Shown: positions 20,274 through 31,035, numbered from the stretch's first letter. The stretch is DNA of 64,000 nt from Terriglobia bacterium (GCA_965198225.1 CBDAOY010000009.1:640001-704000); one strand, 5' to 3'. Numbers and translations: made by a program. The notes: generated by a model from the letters alone, not told the origin.

Positions 20274-22174
20274 AAAAGACTATCCTCTTGCTTTCGTTGT
20301 CGCTTGCCGTCGCGGGCATGACGCCGCTCGGTGCTCAGGAGCCCCCTCCGGCTCCGCAGGATGAGGTGCCGATATCGCTATTCCTGGATAACGCCGACAT
20401 CCACCAGATCATCCAGATAATCGGCGAGACGCTGGGCATCAACTACATCGTCGACCCGGCCGTCCAGGGAACGGTCAACATCAACACGGCGGGAAACCTC
20501 CAGCGCTCCGACCTGCTTCCCATCCTGGAGACGATCCTGAGGATCAACGGCGCGACGATCGTTCAGACCGGCAACTTCTACGAAATCCTTCCCGCAAACT
20601 CCGTACTGCGACAGGCGCTCCCCGTCCAGGACGTTGCCCAACCGCCGAGAGTCGACGATCAGTTCGTCATCCAGGTCGTTCGGATGAAGTTCGTTTCTGC
20701 CTCGGAAATGTCGCAGCTACTGACTCCCTACCTCAGCGAGGGCGCCAACATCGTTGTGCACGAAGCCGGGAATATCCTGCTGATCAGCGAGCGCCGCGGC
20801 AACCTCGTGAAGTTGCTGGAAATCGTGGACGTGTTCGACACGAACGTATTCGAGGGAGAGCGTGTCCGCCTGTTTCCGATCGAGAACAACCTGGCCGCCG
20901 ACCTCGTCCAGGATCTCGTGACGATTTTCGCGGGCTACGCGCTGTCGGAGGGCCGTGGCGCGATCCGCTTCGTGGCGATCGAACGCATGAACTCGGTTCT
21001 GGTGGTTTCGCCGAACGTAGCTGTCTTCGGTGAAGTTCAGAAGTGGCTGGACCGACTGGACCAACCACTCCAGACCGCGGGCGTCCGCAACTACGTGTAC
21101 CGGGTCCGAAACGCAAAGGCGGCCGAGATCGAACGCGTCCTCGACCAGCTCTACGGGACCGAAGTTCAGCTTTCGAGTATCTACCAGACTCCGACGGGCG
21201 CCGTCGGAGTGGCACCGCCTCCGGCCGGTCAGGTCCCCGCCGGGGCCCCTGCGGGGCAGGTGGGCACGACCGCATTCCTGCCTACCGGAAACGTGAAGAT
21301 CATCGCCGACCAGATTAACAATGCGCTCGTGATTCAGGCGACCCCGCAGGAGTACGCCATGATCGAAGATACGATCGAACAGCTGGACGTCCTGCCGCGA
21401 CAGGTGCTGATCGATGCTCAGATCTACGAGGTCGTTCTGGACGATTCGCTCGCATTCGGATTGTCGGCGATCCTTCAGAATCGGGGCACTCTCCAGCCGG
21501 CCCAGACGACGGCGTCGTTCGCAGGTAACCCGCCGTCTCTCGCTGCGCAGACGTTTGCGTTCATCGGTCGTTCAAGAGAGCTCTTCATGTTCCTGAATGC
21601 TTCGGAGAACCGGTCCCGGGTTCGAACACTTTCGGCGCCCTCCGTCCTCGTCAGTGACAACCAGACCGCGCAGTTTTCCGTGGGCGCGGAGGTTCCGGTT
21701 CCTGTGGCGTCGTCGGCCAGCGGCGTCCAGGCCCCCGGGGGTGGGACCCTCTTCGCCCAGACAATCCAGCGGCGCGAGACCGGGGTCATCATGCAGGTCA
21801 CCCCTCTGATCAACGACAGCGGAAACGTCACTTTGGAGATCAGTCAGGAGGTCAGCCAGGCCGGTGCCCTGGGCCCCCTCGGTCCGGTGATCGGGCAATC
21901 GACTGTCACTTCGACCGTCGTCATCCGCGACGGGCAGACGATCGTGCTCGGAGGCTTCATCCGCGAAAGCAACGATCTGGTGCGAAACAGAATCCCGCTC
22001 CTGGGCCGCATCCCGGGTCTGGGGGTCCTGTTCGGGAGCACTTCCACGACCAAGAGTCGAACCGAACTCGTGATCCTGATCACCCCACATGTCATTCGGA
22101 GCTTCGAAGAGGCCGACCATGCGACCGAAGAACTCCGTGATAAGCTCCGCGAAATAAAGAAAATGCCCCAATAA
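20270..22174 (+). CDS. gspD: Type II secretion secretin GspD
   Basis: Signal peptide, N-domains, QVLIDAQIYEV, DGQTIVLGGFI, IPLLGRIPGLGVLF, TELVILITPHVI. Confidence 0.93.
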   Translation: MKKTILLLSLSLAVAGMTPLGAQEPPPAPQDEVPISLFLDNADIHQIIQIIGETLGINYIVDPAVQGTVNINTAGNLQRSDLLPILETILRINGATIVQTGNFYEILPANSVLRQALPVQDVAQPPRVDDQFVIQVVRMKFVSASEMSQLLTPYLSEGANIVVHEAGNILLISERRGNLVKLLEIVDVFDTNVFEGERVRLFPIENNLAADLVQDLVTIFAGYALSEGRGAIRFVAIERMNSVLVVSPNVAVFGEVQKWLDRLDQPLQTAGVRNYVYRVRNAKAAEIERVLDQLYGTEVQLSSIYQTPTGAVGVAPPPAGQVPAGAPAGQVGTTAFLPTGNVKIIADQINNALVIQATPQEYAMIEDTIEQLDVLPRQVLIDAQIYEVVLDDSLAFGLSAILQNRGTLQPAQTTASFAGNPPSLAAQTFAFIGRSRELFMFLNASENRSRVRTLSAPSVLVSDNQTAQFSVGAEVPVPVASSASGVQAPGGGTLFAQTIQRRETGVIMQVTPLINDSGNVTLEISQEVSQAGALGPLGPVIGQSTVTSTVVIRDGQTIVLGGFIRESNDLVRNRIPLLGRIPGLGVLFGSTSTTKSRTELVILITPHVIRSFEEADHATEELRDKLREIKKMPQ

Positions 22175-22388
22175 CACACCACTGAAGTGCGCGTGTGTAA
22201 GAAGAACTCACATCTCGCAGATCCCGAAAGACTAAGTTGCTGAACCGACAGGCCCCCGGACTTCCCGCGGGTTGGCAACTCAAATGCACAAGTTCCATTG
22301 TCGCCAGCCCATCTGGGCCGGGGTTACGGATGTCCTTCCCGAAAGCCTGAGGGGGCCGGAGAGGCATCATTCTAGGGCGCTTAACTGC

Positions 22389-22417
22389 TTGACAGCGGCC
22401 AGCCAACGTGTTACGTT
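22389..22417 (+). promoter_or_regulatory. Strong sigma70-type promoter
   Basis: TTGACA-17 bp-TACGTT with an extended -10 TG; followed by a stem-loop at 22430-22461. Confidence 0.65.
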
Positions 22418-22461
22418 ACCGAAGTTTTTGTCCAACTCGTTGCCTTGGCAAGGGGTTGGGC

Positions 22462-23406
22462 CGTATCGGAGACGATAAAGCGTCGATTCTCATCACAGAA
22501 GGTTTCAAAGGGGCGTGGCGTTCGGCGGCGCAGGAATCCAACTCGGGCACCGCCCTGGGTACAGGAAGTTCGATCCTGCTGACGTTTACTGGAGTACCGG
22601 ACAAGGTCAATTTGGGATTGGCGATCATCGCCCAAGATGAAGTAACCGGCGCGTCCGTCGCTCAGAATGCGACAATTACCGATGCGAGCGGCGATAACGA
22701 CGTTCTTGTTACTTACACCGGTGGGGATTTGAACGACATCGGCGAGATTCAAATCGATATCACTGTGACGCTGGATTCGGGCACGACGAGTGTCCCGGCC
22801 GGGAGTATTACGGTGAACGCGAACCTGGCTCCTCAGGGCGCCGCGCTCAGCGCGGTGGTCGGGGCGGAAAATACGCCGACCGAGACCGGTGGATATCCGC
22901 GGTACAGTTCCGCCGCGACCGCGGAACTCACGGTTGTCACCATCGCCGGTGCCTCCACGAACCTGCTGATTCCGTTCGTGACATACGATGGTCTTGCCGG
23001 AGGTTTTGACACCGGTATCTCGATAGCCAATACGACGGCTGACCCGTTTACCGGGGTCGCGGGTAGCGGGACGATCAGCTTCTGGCTCTTCCCCAGGACC
23101 GCGACGGGTGCCGGCACGATGATCTCGTTGACGACCGGTACCGGGACGACTCCAGGTGTCGGCTTGGCTACAGACGGCACGCTGGCTTCGGGCGGAACCT
23201 GGTCCGGGCTGCTGTCGGAGCTGCTGACGGCGGCGAACGAAACCGGTGCGTTCACAGGGTACATCTTCATGAAGGCGAACTTTATCCTGGGGCACGGCAC
23301 GTCGTTCGTGACCAACTTCTCGACCTTCACCGCGGCTTCGCCGATGTTGGTATTGGATTCGGTCCAATCGGCGGCGCGTACCGGGTTTGAAGCTCTGAGT
23401 ATGTAG
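22462..23406 (+). CDS. Thr/Ala/Gly-rich S-layer-like surface protein, N-terminus missing
   Basis: Beta-rich low-charge composition; ITEGFKGAW and TNLLIPFVT...GFDTGISIANT resemble abundant Acidobacterial surface proteins (from memory); no signal peptide or credible start. Confidence 0.6.
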   Translation, partial: RIGDDKASILITEGFKGAWRSAAQESNSGTALGTGSSILLTFTGVPDKVNLGLAIIAQDEVTGASVAQNATITDASGDNDVLVTYTGGDLNDIGEIQIDITVTLDSGTTSVPAGSITVNANLAPQGAALSAVVGAENTPTETGGYPRYSSAATAELTVVTIAGASTNLLIPFVTYDGLAGGFDTGISIANTTADPFTGVAGSGTISFWLFPRTATGAGTMISLTTGTGTTPGVGLATDGTLASGGTWSGLLSELLTAANETGAFTGYIFMKANFILGHGTSFVTNFSTFTAASPMLVLDSVQSAARTGFEALSM

Positions 23407-23425
23407 CGCGCTTGGCGCGCTCGGG

Positions 23426-23454
23426 AAAGGGGGGCTCTAAGGCCCCCCTTTTTT
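23426..23454 (+). terminator. Rho-independent terminator
   Basis: AAAGGGGGGC-tctaag-GCCCCCCTTTTTT. Confidence 0.88.
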
Positions 23455-23528
23455 AGTTCAAGATCAATACGACGGGCCGGCCGCGGACCGAAGCCTCTCA
23501 TCTCTTCCAGAAGTCGGGTGCAATTCAA

Positions 23529-24584
23529 ATGATCTTTCACCTACTGTTCTTGTTTCACATGAGTCTCGCCCTACCCGATGCCTCCCAGGATCCGGGTGTT
23601 CCTGTCGATTTGAGTGGGCTCGTGTCCGTAGCTCAGCGAACCCGAAGTCTTCTGGCGGCCGGTCAGATGCTCGAGGCGGTAGAGTTCGTCCTTCCCGAGA
23701 GACGCAATGACCTTCTGGGCGCAGGAAGAGCGACGTTTCGAAACCCGAGGGTCGTGGGAGTCGATCTGACCGACGATCCGGACCGTGTCATCGTCCGGGT
23801 CGCCCTGGAGATGCTCCCGGGCGTCACGGCCGGAGCCCGGATGGATTGGGTCGCTCGCGACGCATGGGTTCGCCGCGACGGGACGTGGTATTTCGACCCT
23901 GGACTTTTCCGCGACGCTTTGCATGGCGGAAAAGAGGTGGAAGCTGTCGAGGTCGATTCTGCGGAGGTGGAGGAGGACTTCGAATCCAGCTTCCGGCTGG
24001 TCGACGGCTTCATCGACGTCGGGACCCTCAACCAGGGAGATCGGAAGGTGCTCTCGGTACGGATCGAGTATTCGGGAACATCTCCGATCCGTATCGAGGC
24101 TCCCATACAGTCACGCCTGTTGGCGCTCGACCGCGCCTCGACGACACAGGTGTCGGCCGGCACGGAAGACATCAAGCTAGTGGTGGAGACGGAGGGCTGG
24201 GAGGGCCCGTTTCGGATTCCATTGCCCCTGAAGATTCATTACCGGGGAGGTGTTTTCGACCGCGTCCTCAGAGTGTTCGGGAATGTTTTCGTCCCGCTCA
24301 CGTTCCGTCTCGATCCGCAGTGGGATCGACCCTCCGAAGAGGAGTTCCGCTTCCTGCTGCGCAACAACTCCCCCCAGGCGGTAGAGATTGCATACGTGAC
24401 TGTCGACGGGACGCTGGCGATTGTCGGGCACAGTGAGCGGATCGAGGCCGCCGGTGACGGGTTTATCCATCTGCAGCGTTTGCCCGGAGTCGAACCGGCG
24501 AACGAGGTGACGGTCGTGTTGCGGGAGCCGCTCTTGGGTAGGCGTATCTATGAATTCCCGTTCGACTTCGGCCCCCCCGACTGA
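23529..24584 (+). CDS. Exported hypothetical protein, probably with Ig-like C-terminal domains
   Basis: Hydrophobic N-terminus, 351-aa ORF coupled to the downstream GT2. Confidence 0.65.
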   Translation: MIFHLLFLFHMSLALPDASQDPGVPVDLSGLVSVAQRTRSLLAAGQMLEAVEFVLPERRNDLLGAGRATFRNPRVVGVDLTDDPDRVIVRVALEMLPGVTAGARMDWVARDAWVRRDGTWYFDPGLFRDALHGGKEVEAVEVDSAEVEEDFESSFRLVDGFIDVGTLNQGDRKVLSVRIEYSGTSPIRIEAPIQSRLLALDRASTTQVSAGTEDIKLVVETEGWEGPFRIPLPLKIHYRGGVFDRVLRVFGNVFVPLTFRLDPQWDRPSEEEFRFLLRNNSPQAVEIAYVTVDGTLAIVGHSERIEAAGDGFIHLQRLPGVEPANEVTVVLREPLLGRRIYEFPFDFGPPD

Positions 24585-25258
24585 TGTATAAGGGCCAGAG
24601 AGTCACGGTTGTGATCCCGTGTCTCAACGAGGAAGAGGGGATCCGGCGGGTGCTGGCGGACCTTCCGAAGTTTGTCGATGAGACGATCGTCGTCGACAAC
24701 GACTCTACCGATCGGACCGCCGAGGTAGCGCGGTCCCTGGGTGCGATTGTCGTGACCGAGCTCCACCGCGGCTACGGTCGCGCCTACAAAAGCGGCTTCT
24801 CGCGGGCCAGCGGCGACATCATCGTCACACTCGACGGAGATCATTCCTACCCCGCCGACGCTTTGAGCTACCTGCTTGAAGCTTTCTTTCACTGCAAGGT
24901 CGGTTTTCTGTCGGGGTCGCGATTCCCGACACTCACCAGGGCATCGATGACGTTCAAGCATCGGTTCGGCAACCGGGTCCAGTCGGTCCTGATGTCGGTA
25001 TTGTTCCTGCGGTGGGTCAACGATTCCCAGAGCGGAATGTGGGTCTTCCGGCGGGACGCGCTCGAGGTGATGAATCTCACGAGCGACGGCATGGCCTTCA
25101 GCGAGGAGATCAAGATCGAAGCGATCCGAAACAAGAGTGTCGGCTTTATCGAAATGTTTATAAACTATTCTCAGCGCGTCGGAGAGATCAAGCTTCAACC
25201 GTGGCGCGACGGTGTTCGCAACATACTCTTCCTGTTTAAGAAGAGACTGCTCCCATGA
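24584..25258 (+). CDS. GT2 polyprenol-phosphate glycosyltransferase (DPM1-like)
   Basis: VVIPCLNEEEGI, VVDNDSTD, LDGDHSYP, DSQSGM, RVGEIKL; 224 aa. Confidence 0.85.
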   Translation: MYKGQRVTVVIPCLNEEEGIRRVLADLPKFVDETIVVDNDSTDRTAEVARSLGAIVVTELHRGYGRAYKSGFSRASGDIIVTLDGDHSYPADALSYLLEAFFHCKVGFLSGSRFPTLTRASMTFKHRFGNRVQSVLMSVLFLRWVNDSQSGMWVFRRDALEVMNLTSDGMAFSEEIKIEAIRNKSVGFIEMFINYSQRVGEIKLQPWRDGVRNILFLFKKRLLP

Positions 25259-27483
25259 AGAGACGAGAACGGCGGGGGAAAGCCCCCCGTACGGACAAGG
25301 GTCGTGGTACCTCGACGCCTCTTTGGTTCGGAATGCTGATCGTCGTCCTGGCCGGAGTCGTCGTCTACTGGAATTCGTTCGACGCTCCGATGGTTTTCGA
25401 CGATTACCTGAGCGTCCAGCGTAACGCTGGAGTCCGTTTCGGCGACGCGCTGAGTCCGCGCACGCTTGGAGGCCGGTCGCTTCTCTACGTCACTTTTGCC
25501 ATCAACTACGCGATCCACGGGCAGGACGTCTGGGGGTATCACTTCGTGAGCTTGCTCTTCCATCTGTTAAACGGCGTTCTGGTGCTGTTTGTTGCCGAAC
25601 ACGTACTGCGGCGAGTCGGGGTCGACCCCTCGAGAGTCCGAGCATACGCCGTCCTGGCTGCTACATTCTTCGCGGTTCATCCGATTCAGACGCAGGCAGT
25701 TACCTACATTTCGAGCCGTTCGGAGGTGCTTTCGACATTCTTTTACCTTCTGGCATTCCTGTTGTTCATCAAAGCACCCGACCACCGCATCGGGTTTCTC
25801 TTTAGCCTGCCGATCGCAGCGATCGCTTACCTGGGATTGCAGTCGAAGGAAACGGTCATCTCCATCCCCGCCGTGCTGCTCGCCTACGATTTCTTGATCC
25901 GTGCCGACTCGAGTTTCCGTCCTGTCCTGGCTCGCTGGCGGTTTTACGCGACTTTCCTGGCTGGCGGCGCAGGGGTGGCCTACCTGCTGTTGACCGGTCC
26001 GCTCAGCGCCTCGGTTGGCGGGACATTGCCTGGTCACTTGACTCCCTGGCACTACCTCTTGACGCAGACCAGGGTGATCGTGTATTACATCCGGCTCGTT
26101 CTCGTACCGGTCGGTCTGAACCTGGACCACGACTTCGCTCCCTCGACCAGCCCGTTCGAGCCTGCAGTGCTGGTGTCTTCCGTGCTGATCCTCGGCGTGA
26201 TCGGTTTGGCATGGTACCTCCGCCGCCGGGCAGCGCTGGTTTCGTTCTCGATCTTCTGGTTCTTCCTCACGCTGGCCCCCACTTCGAGCATCGCACCCAT
26301 ACTCGACGTCATTTTCGAGCACCGTTTGTACCTGCCCATGATCGGCCTTTGCTTCTCGTTTCCGTTGGTACTGGCGAGGGCCCTCGAGTTTTTGAAAGAG
26401 CGAGCACACTTCAGGGTCAAGGTTGTTCCGGTCGGTTCTGCCATTCTGGCGTTGCTCATGGTGGCCACTGTTCTGAGGAACGAGGTCTGGCGCGACGAAG
26501 TGCGCTTGTGGTCCGACGTCGTAAGAAAATCTCCCGATAAGGCGCGCGGGCATAACGCCCTGGCGATGTCCTACTTCCGACGCGGGGAGTATGAACCGGG
26601 GCTGGAGGCGGCCGAGGCAGGCATGGAGAGGCTTCCGAAAGACCGGAACCTGTTTGTCGACACGATGGGGAACTTCTATCTGCAGTTGGGCCGCTACGAG
26701 GAGGCTGCGGAGGCATTTCGCGAGGTCGCGGATCGAGAAGCGGCCCGCGACCAGCCCGACCGGCGCTTTGTCGAGTTCGAGTACAACAACCTTGGTGTTA
26801 CGTACCTGTACATGTGGCGGTCCGTCCGTCAGAACGAGTCGAATATGAGCCCGGCGGAGTTCGACGAAGCGAAGCGGCGTGTTCTGGAACCGGCACTCGA
26901 TGCTTTCAGCAAGAGCCTGGAGTGGGGTTCGAGTATGTTCACCGCCTTCGATAGCTACGTCAATGTCACGTCCTGGCTGGATCGATCTGACGAGCTCAGG
27001 GGCGAACACGAAGCACTCTTGGCCGAAGCCGAAAACTTCCGGTCACGGTACGCCCTGGCGAAACTTGCGTTCAATCGTGACGATTTCGAGACTGCTGTTG
27101 GGCATTTCGAGAAGGCGGTCAACCCGGACCCTAGAGAGCAACTGGTCTGGTTCAACTACGGGTATGCACTCGACCGGGTCGGCCGGTTGGATGATGCGAT
27201 CGACATCTACACCCGGGCTATCCGGTTGAACCCGACCTTCATCGAGGCACACCACAACGTGGGGCTGTTACGAATGCAGAAGAGCGAATTCGACGTCGCT
27301 ATTCAGAATTTTGAAGAAGTACTGCGATTGTTTCCGCAACACGTGACCGCGAACTTGCACCTGGCCAAGATCTACCTGCAGACGGGCAATAGCGCGCTCG
27401 CCCGCCGGCATCTTGCGACCGTCCTGGAAGCCTCACCCGACCATCAGGAGGCGCTGTCGCTCTGGCAGCAATTGGGTTCTTAG
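25255..27483 (+). CDS. TMTC-like GT-C membrane glycosyltransferase with C-terminal TPR repeats
   Basis: First-loop FDD, HPIQTQAVTYISSRSE, SKE, FEHRLYLP, RNEVW motifs; about 11 TMs; TPR repeats. Confidence 0.85.
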   Translation: MKRRERRGKAPRTDKGRGTSTPLWFGMLIVVLAGVVVYWNSFDAPMVFDDYLSVQRNAGVRFGDALSPRTLGGRSLLYVTFAINYAIHGQDVWGYHFVSLLFHLLNGVLVLFVAEHVLRRVGVDPSRVRAYAVLAATFFAVHPIQTQAVTYISSRSEVLSTFFYLLAFLLFIKAPDHRIGFLFSLPIAAIAYLGLQSKETVISIPAVLLAYDFLIRADSSFRPVLARWRFYATFLAGGAGVAYLLLTGPLSASVGGTLPGHLTPWHYLLTQTRVIVYYIRLVLVPVGLNLDHDFAPSTSPFEPAVLVSSVLILGVIGLAWYLRRRAALVSFSIFWFFLTLAPTSSIAPILDVIFEHRLYLPMIGLCFSFPLVLARALEFLKERAHFRVKVVPVGSAILALLMVATVLRNEVWRDEVRLWSDVVRKSPDKARGHNALAMSYFRRGEYEPGLEAAEAGMERLPKDRNLFVDTMGNFYLQLGRYEEAAEAFREVADREAARDQPDRRFVEFEYNNLGVTYLYMWRSVRQNESNMSPAEFDEAKRRVLEPALDAFSKSLEWGSSMFTAFDSYVNVTSWLDRSDELRGEHEALLAEAENFRSRYALAKLAFNRDDFETAVGHFEKAVNPDPREQLVWFNYGYALDRVGRLDDAIDIYTRAIRLNPTFIEAHHNVGLLRMQKSEFDVAIQNFEEVLRLFPQHVTANLHLAKIYLQTGNSALARRHLATVLEASPDHQEALSLWQQLGS

Positions 27484-27509
27484 AAGAAAACTGATTCGAG
27501 GTGATCTAG

Positions 27510-28460
27510 ATGGCAAAGATTTTGATATCTGGTGTGATGGGAACCTTGGGCAGGCCCTTGGGGCGGGAGCTTGTGCGGCGAGGTCATGAGGTTTGGGGCC
27601 TGGATCTACAGCACCAAGCGGAGCAGCAATACTACCGAGCCGACGTGGCGTCCTACCGGCAGTTGGAGCGGGCTTTCGAGCAGGAGTACGATTTTGTGTA
27701 CCATCTGGCCGCGGAATTCGGCCGGATCAACGGCGAGGAATACTACGATACGTTGTGGACGACCAACGTTATCGGTACCCGGAACATTCTGGAACTACAA
27801 AAGCAGAAGAAGTTCAGACTGATTTTCGCCTCATCGTCGGAAATCTACGGGGACAAACACCAGGATGTTCTGTCGGAAGACATACCGCTGAATCACTCGA
27901 TCATCCAACACAACGACTATGCCGTGACCAAGTGGGTCAACGAGATTCAGGTGATGAATTTCGAGAAGCGGTTCGGGAATCCGGTCGTCCGACTCCGGTT
28001 CTTTAACGCGTACGGGCCTGGCGAGTTCTATCACAATTACAGAAGTGTCGTGTGTCTGTTTGCCTACCGGGCGCTCCATCGTCTGCCGTACGACGTGTAC
28101 ATGGGGTACCACCGAGTGTTCATGTACATCGACGACTTCATCCCTACGTTGTCGAACGTCGTTGAGAATTTCGAACCCGGCGAAGTTTACAACGTGGGTG
28201 GTCGGGAGTTCCGCAGCGTCAAGGAAATGAGCGATATCGTTCTCCAAGAAGTTGGAATTGACGATTCTCTCGTAAACTATCTTCCCGAGGACAAACACAA
28301 TGTCGTCAACAAGAGGCCGGACATCGAGAAGGCCCGAGCGGCTTTCGACCACGACCCCCAGATAACCCTCGAAGCAGGTATTCCGCGGACCGTGGATTGG
28401 ATGAAGAAAGTGTATGAGGAGACGATCGCCGGCGCAGTTTCCTCGCTACCGATCGGATGA
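27510..28460 (+). CDS. NAD-dependent nucleotide-sugar epimerase/dehydratase
   Basis: GVMGTLG, ASSSEIYG, YAVTK, FNAYGPGE. Confidence 0.88.
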   Translation: MAKILISGVMGTLGRPLGRELVRRGHEVWGLDLQHQAEQQYYRADVASYRQLERAFEQEYDFVYHLAAEFGRINGEEYYDTLWTTNVIGTRNILELQKQKKFRLIFASSSEIYGDKHQDVLSEDIPLNHSIIQHNDYAVTKWVNEIQVMNFEKRFGNPVVRLRFFNAYGPGEFYHNYRSVVCLFAYRALHRLPYDVYMGYHRVFMYIDDFIPTLSNVVENFEPGEVYNVGGREFRSVKEMSDIVLQEVGIDDSLVNYLPEDKHNVVNKRPDIEKARAAFDHDPQITLEAGIPRTVDWMKKVYEETIAGAVSSLPIG

Positions 28461-28566
28461 TCCTGACTGACATCCCACCACTCGGTCGCATGCCTGCCTG
28501 CGACCGAGTGTGCTGCCTGAATCCCTCAACGTCCTGTCGTGTTTGCCGAACGTCTGATCGAGAGGT

Positions 28567-29775
28567 TTGCGTTTGAATCTCCTGATAGTTCACGAGGTCA
28601 ACTACCTTTCGAAAATAATCTACGAATTCCAGATACTTCCGGAAATCCTCTCGATGCAGGGACACACCGTCACCGTTGTGGACTACGATGACAGCTGGGC
28701 GAAGGATCGGACCACCAACCGGCTGGTCCTACGATCTGAAGTTCACGAGGACATTCACCGCGCCTACCCCGATGGGTCAGTGACCCTTCGGAGACCGGGC
28801 ATGATTCGGATGCCACTAATTTCGAGAGTTTCAGGGGCGGTCACTTCTGCTCTCGAGGTCGTTGGGGTCCTCCGGGCGAACCCTGTCGATGCCATTCTTC
28901 TCTACGGAGTGCCAACGGTTGGTCTCCAAGTTTGGGCAGCCGCGCGGCGATACGGCATACCTGTCTTTTTCCGCTCTATCGACGTGTCGCATCGACTTGT
29001 CCCACACTCCCTTCTCGTGACGCCGACGAAGCTGATCGAGCGGTTCGTCTACAGGAGGGTACGTGCGATTTCATGCGTAACTCACCATCTGAAAAAGTAT
29101 GTGGAGTCCTACGGAGTATCCCAGGAACGAGTCGAAGTCCTGCCTTCCGGAGTCGACCCAGGCATGTTCTCACCGGGCGCGCGGAACCACGAGCTCGTGG
29201 GACGATGGCAACTCGCGCCTTCCCATCGGTTGATACTCTTCATGGGCACGGTCTATACCTTCAGCGGCCTCGATCAGGTCATCCGAGACTTTCCCGCGCT
29301 GCTGAAGCGCCACCCGCCCGCCCGCCTGCTCATTGTCGGCGACGGTGACGACACGGATCGGCTCAAGGCTCTCTGTCGCGACTCGGGCGTGAGGGATCAA
29401 GTGGTTTTCACTGGGCGGCAGCCCTACGAGCTGCTGCCGGATCTTATTCGGTCTGCCGACGTCTGCATCAACCCTTTCGAGCTGAACTCCATCACACGCG
29501 ACATACTGCCCACGAAACTATTCCAGTACCTCTCTTGTGCGAAACCGGTACTCGCCACCGAATTGCCGGGGACTCTGCCGTTTCTGTCGGGAGAAGAACA
29601 AGGCGTCGTCTATGCTCCCTTGCCGGATTTCGTAGAACACCTTTCGAAGTTGCTCGACGAACCGGCGCGTTGCGAGGAACTTGGACGCCGGGGCCGCGAG
29701 ACCGTGGAGTCGCAATACGACTGGCGCCGCATAGCAGAGTCGCTGGCATCCTGGATCCAGGAATCGTGCATATAG
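28567..29775 (+). CDS. Glycosyltransferase family 4
   Basis: LPSGVD, LLIVGDG, PTKLFQYLSCAKPV. Confidence 0.85.
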   Translation: MRLNLLIVHEVNYLSKIIYEFQILPEILSMQGHTVTVVDYDDSWAKDRTTNRLVLRSEVHEDIHRAYPDGSVTLRRPGMIRMPLISRVSGAVTSALEVVGVLRANPVDAILLYGVPTVGLQVWAAARRYGIPVFFRSIDVSHRLVPHSLLVTPTKLIERFVYRRVRAISCVTHHLKKYVESYGVSQERVEVLPSGVDPGMFSPGARNHELVGRWQLAPSHRLILFMGTVYTFSGLDQVIRDFPALLKRHPPARLLIVGDGDDTDRLKALCRDSGVRDQVVFTGRQPYELLPDLIRSADVCINPFELNSITRDILPTKLFQYLSCAKPVLATELPGTLPFLSGEEQGVVYAPLPDFVEHLSKLLDEPARCEELGRRGRETVESQYDWRRIAESLASWIQESCI

Positions 29776-30948
29776 CGTTCGTCATCCCCTACTTCTATCC
29801 CGCTTTTCAGTATGGAGGTCCTCCCAGGAGTGCATACGAGCTGGCCCGTGAGCTCGTTCGACGCGGGAATGAAGTGACGGTTTTCACAACCGACACCGGA
29901 GGTAGCTCTCGGCTCGGTAGAGAACTGACAGCCAGCTCCGTGGACGGTGTCGAGGTCGTCCGTTTCCGTAGTCTTTCCAACTATCTCGCTTTCCGCCATC
30001 GGGTCTCGCTGGTGCCGGGCCTGACGGCTCGATTGCGGGCAGATCTGGCCCACGTCGACGTGGTGCATGTCCACGAATTCCGCTCGATGCTGACGGTGGC
30101 GGCGTTCAACGCCTGTGGGAGGTCCAGGGTTCCATACATTCTTTCGCCCCATGGCGGCTTGAGGCCGATGGGCAAAGTGCTGCTGAAGCGCTTCTTCGAT
30201 CGAGTGTGGGGACAGCGAATCCTGCAGGCTGCCGGCCGTATCGCAGTCGTGTCCCCTCTGGAAGCGGCGCAAGTTGAGGAGGCTGGGGTTCAAAAGGAAC
30301 GGATCGCCACAATACCGAACCCGCTGTCGTTCGAACCGTTTTGAGGTTGAGCGACCGATGGGCGATTTCAGGAGGCAATGGTCGATCGCGAGACCGAAGA
30401 TAATTCTTTTCCTGGCGCGCCTGCACTGGATCAAAGGAGCCGACCTCCTCGTTCGAGCCCTTTCTGGAATCGCGGCCCACCGCAACGATACCCATCTCGT
30501 CCTGGCGGGACCAGATGATGGTCAGGAAGCGGAAGTTCGTAGACTTGTCGCAGGGTCGGGGCTTGGAGACAGCGTTACGTTTACCGGCTTTCTGGACGAG
30601 GATCGGAAGATCGCCGCGTTCACCGACGCTACCGTGACCGTTGTACCGTCCCGTAGCGAGATATTCTCGTTAACTGTGCTGGAGTCGCTTCTGTGTCGGA
30701 CGCCGGTGTTGGTTTCCTCCGCCTGTGGTCTCTTCCCGATGCCAGGTTACGACCACGGCGCGATCCAGTTCGGCGGGGGTGACGTCGGCGACCTCTCACG
30801 GAAACTCGCTTCTGCGCTCGACGATGTGGAGTTGGCTGACAATGCTGCGAGAGGACGCGAGTTTGCGAAAGCGAATTTCGGTGTTGAGCGAATCGCCGGC
30901 GTTGCTGAACGGATGTACGGCGAGGCGATCGGAGTTCGGCAGAAATGA
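29766..30948 (+). CDS. Glycosyltransferase family 4 (frameshift near 30340)
   Basis: YGGPPRS, SPHGGL, IPN in one frame; LFLARLHWIKG, AGPDDG, PSRSE in another. Confidence 0.8.
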
Positions 30949-31035
30949 GAGAGTCCGGACGCGGCACTTGCGCGCGGGAAATGTCTCCAAACGACTCTGC
31001 TCAAAGCCCATCCATTCGATGGTAAACTTCGTGGA

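Noticed and set aside
22175-22388. Riboswitch or ncRNA between gspD and the S-layer-like gene
   Set aside because: Some pairing potential but no recognisable Rfam motif, and it lies upstream of the predicted promoter; an Infernal/Rfam scan would settle it.
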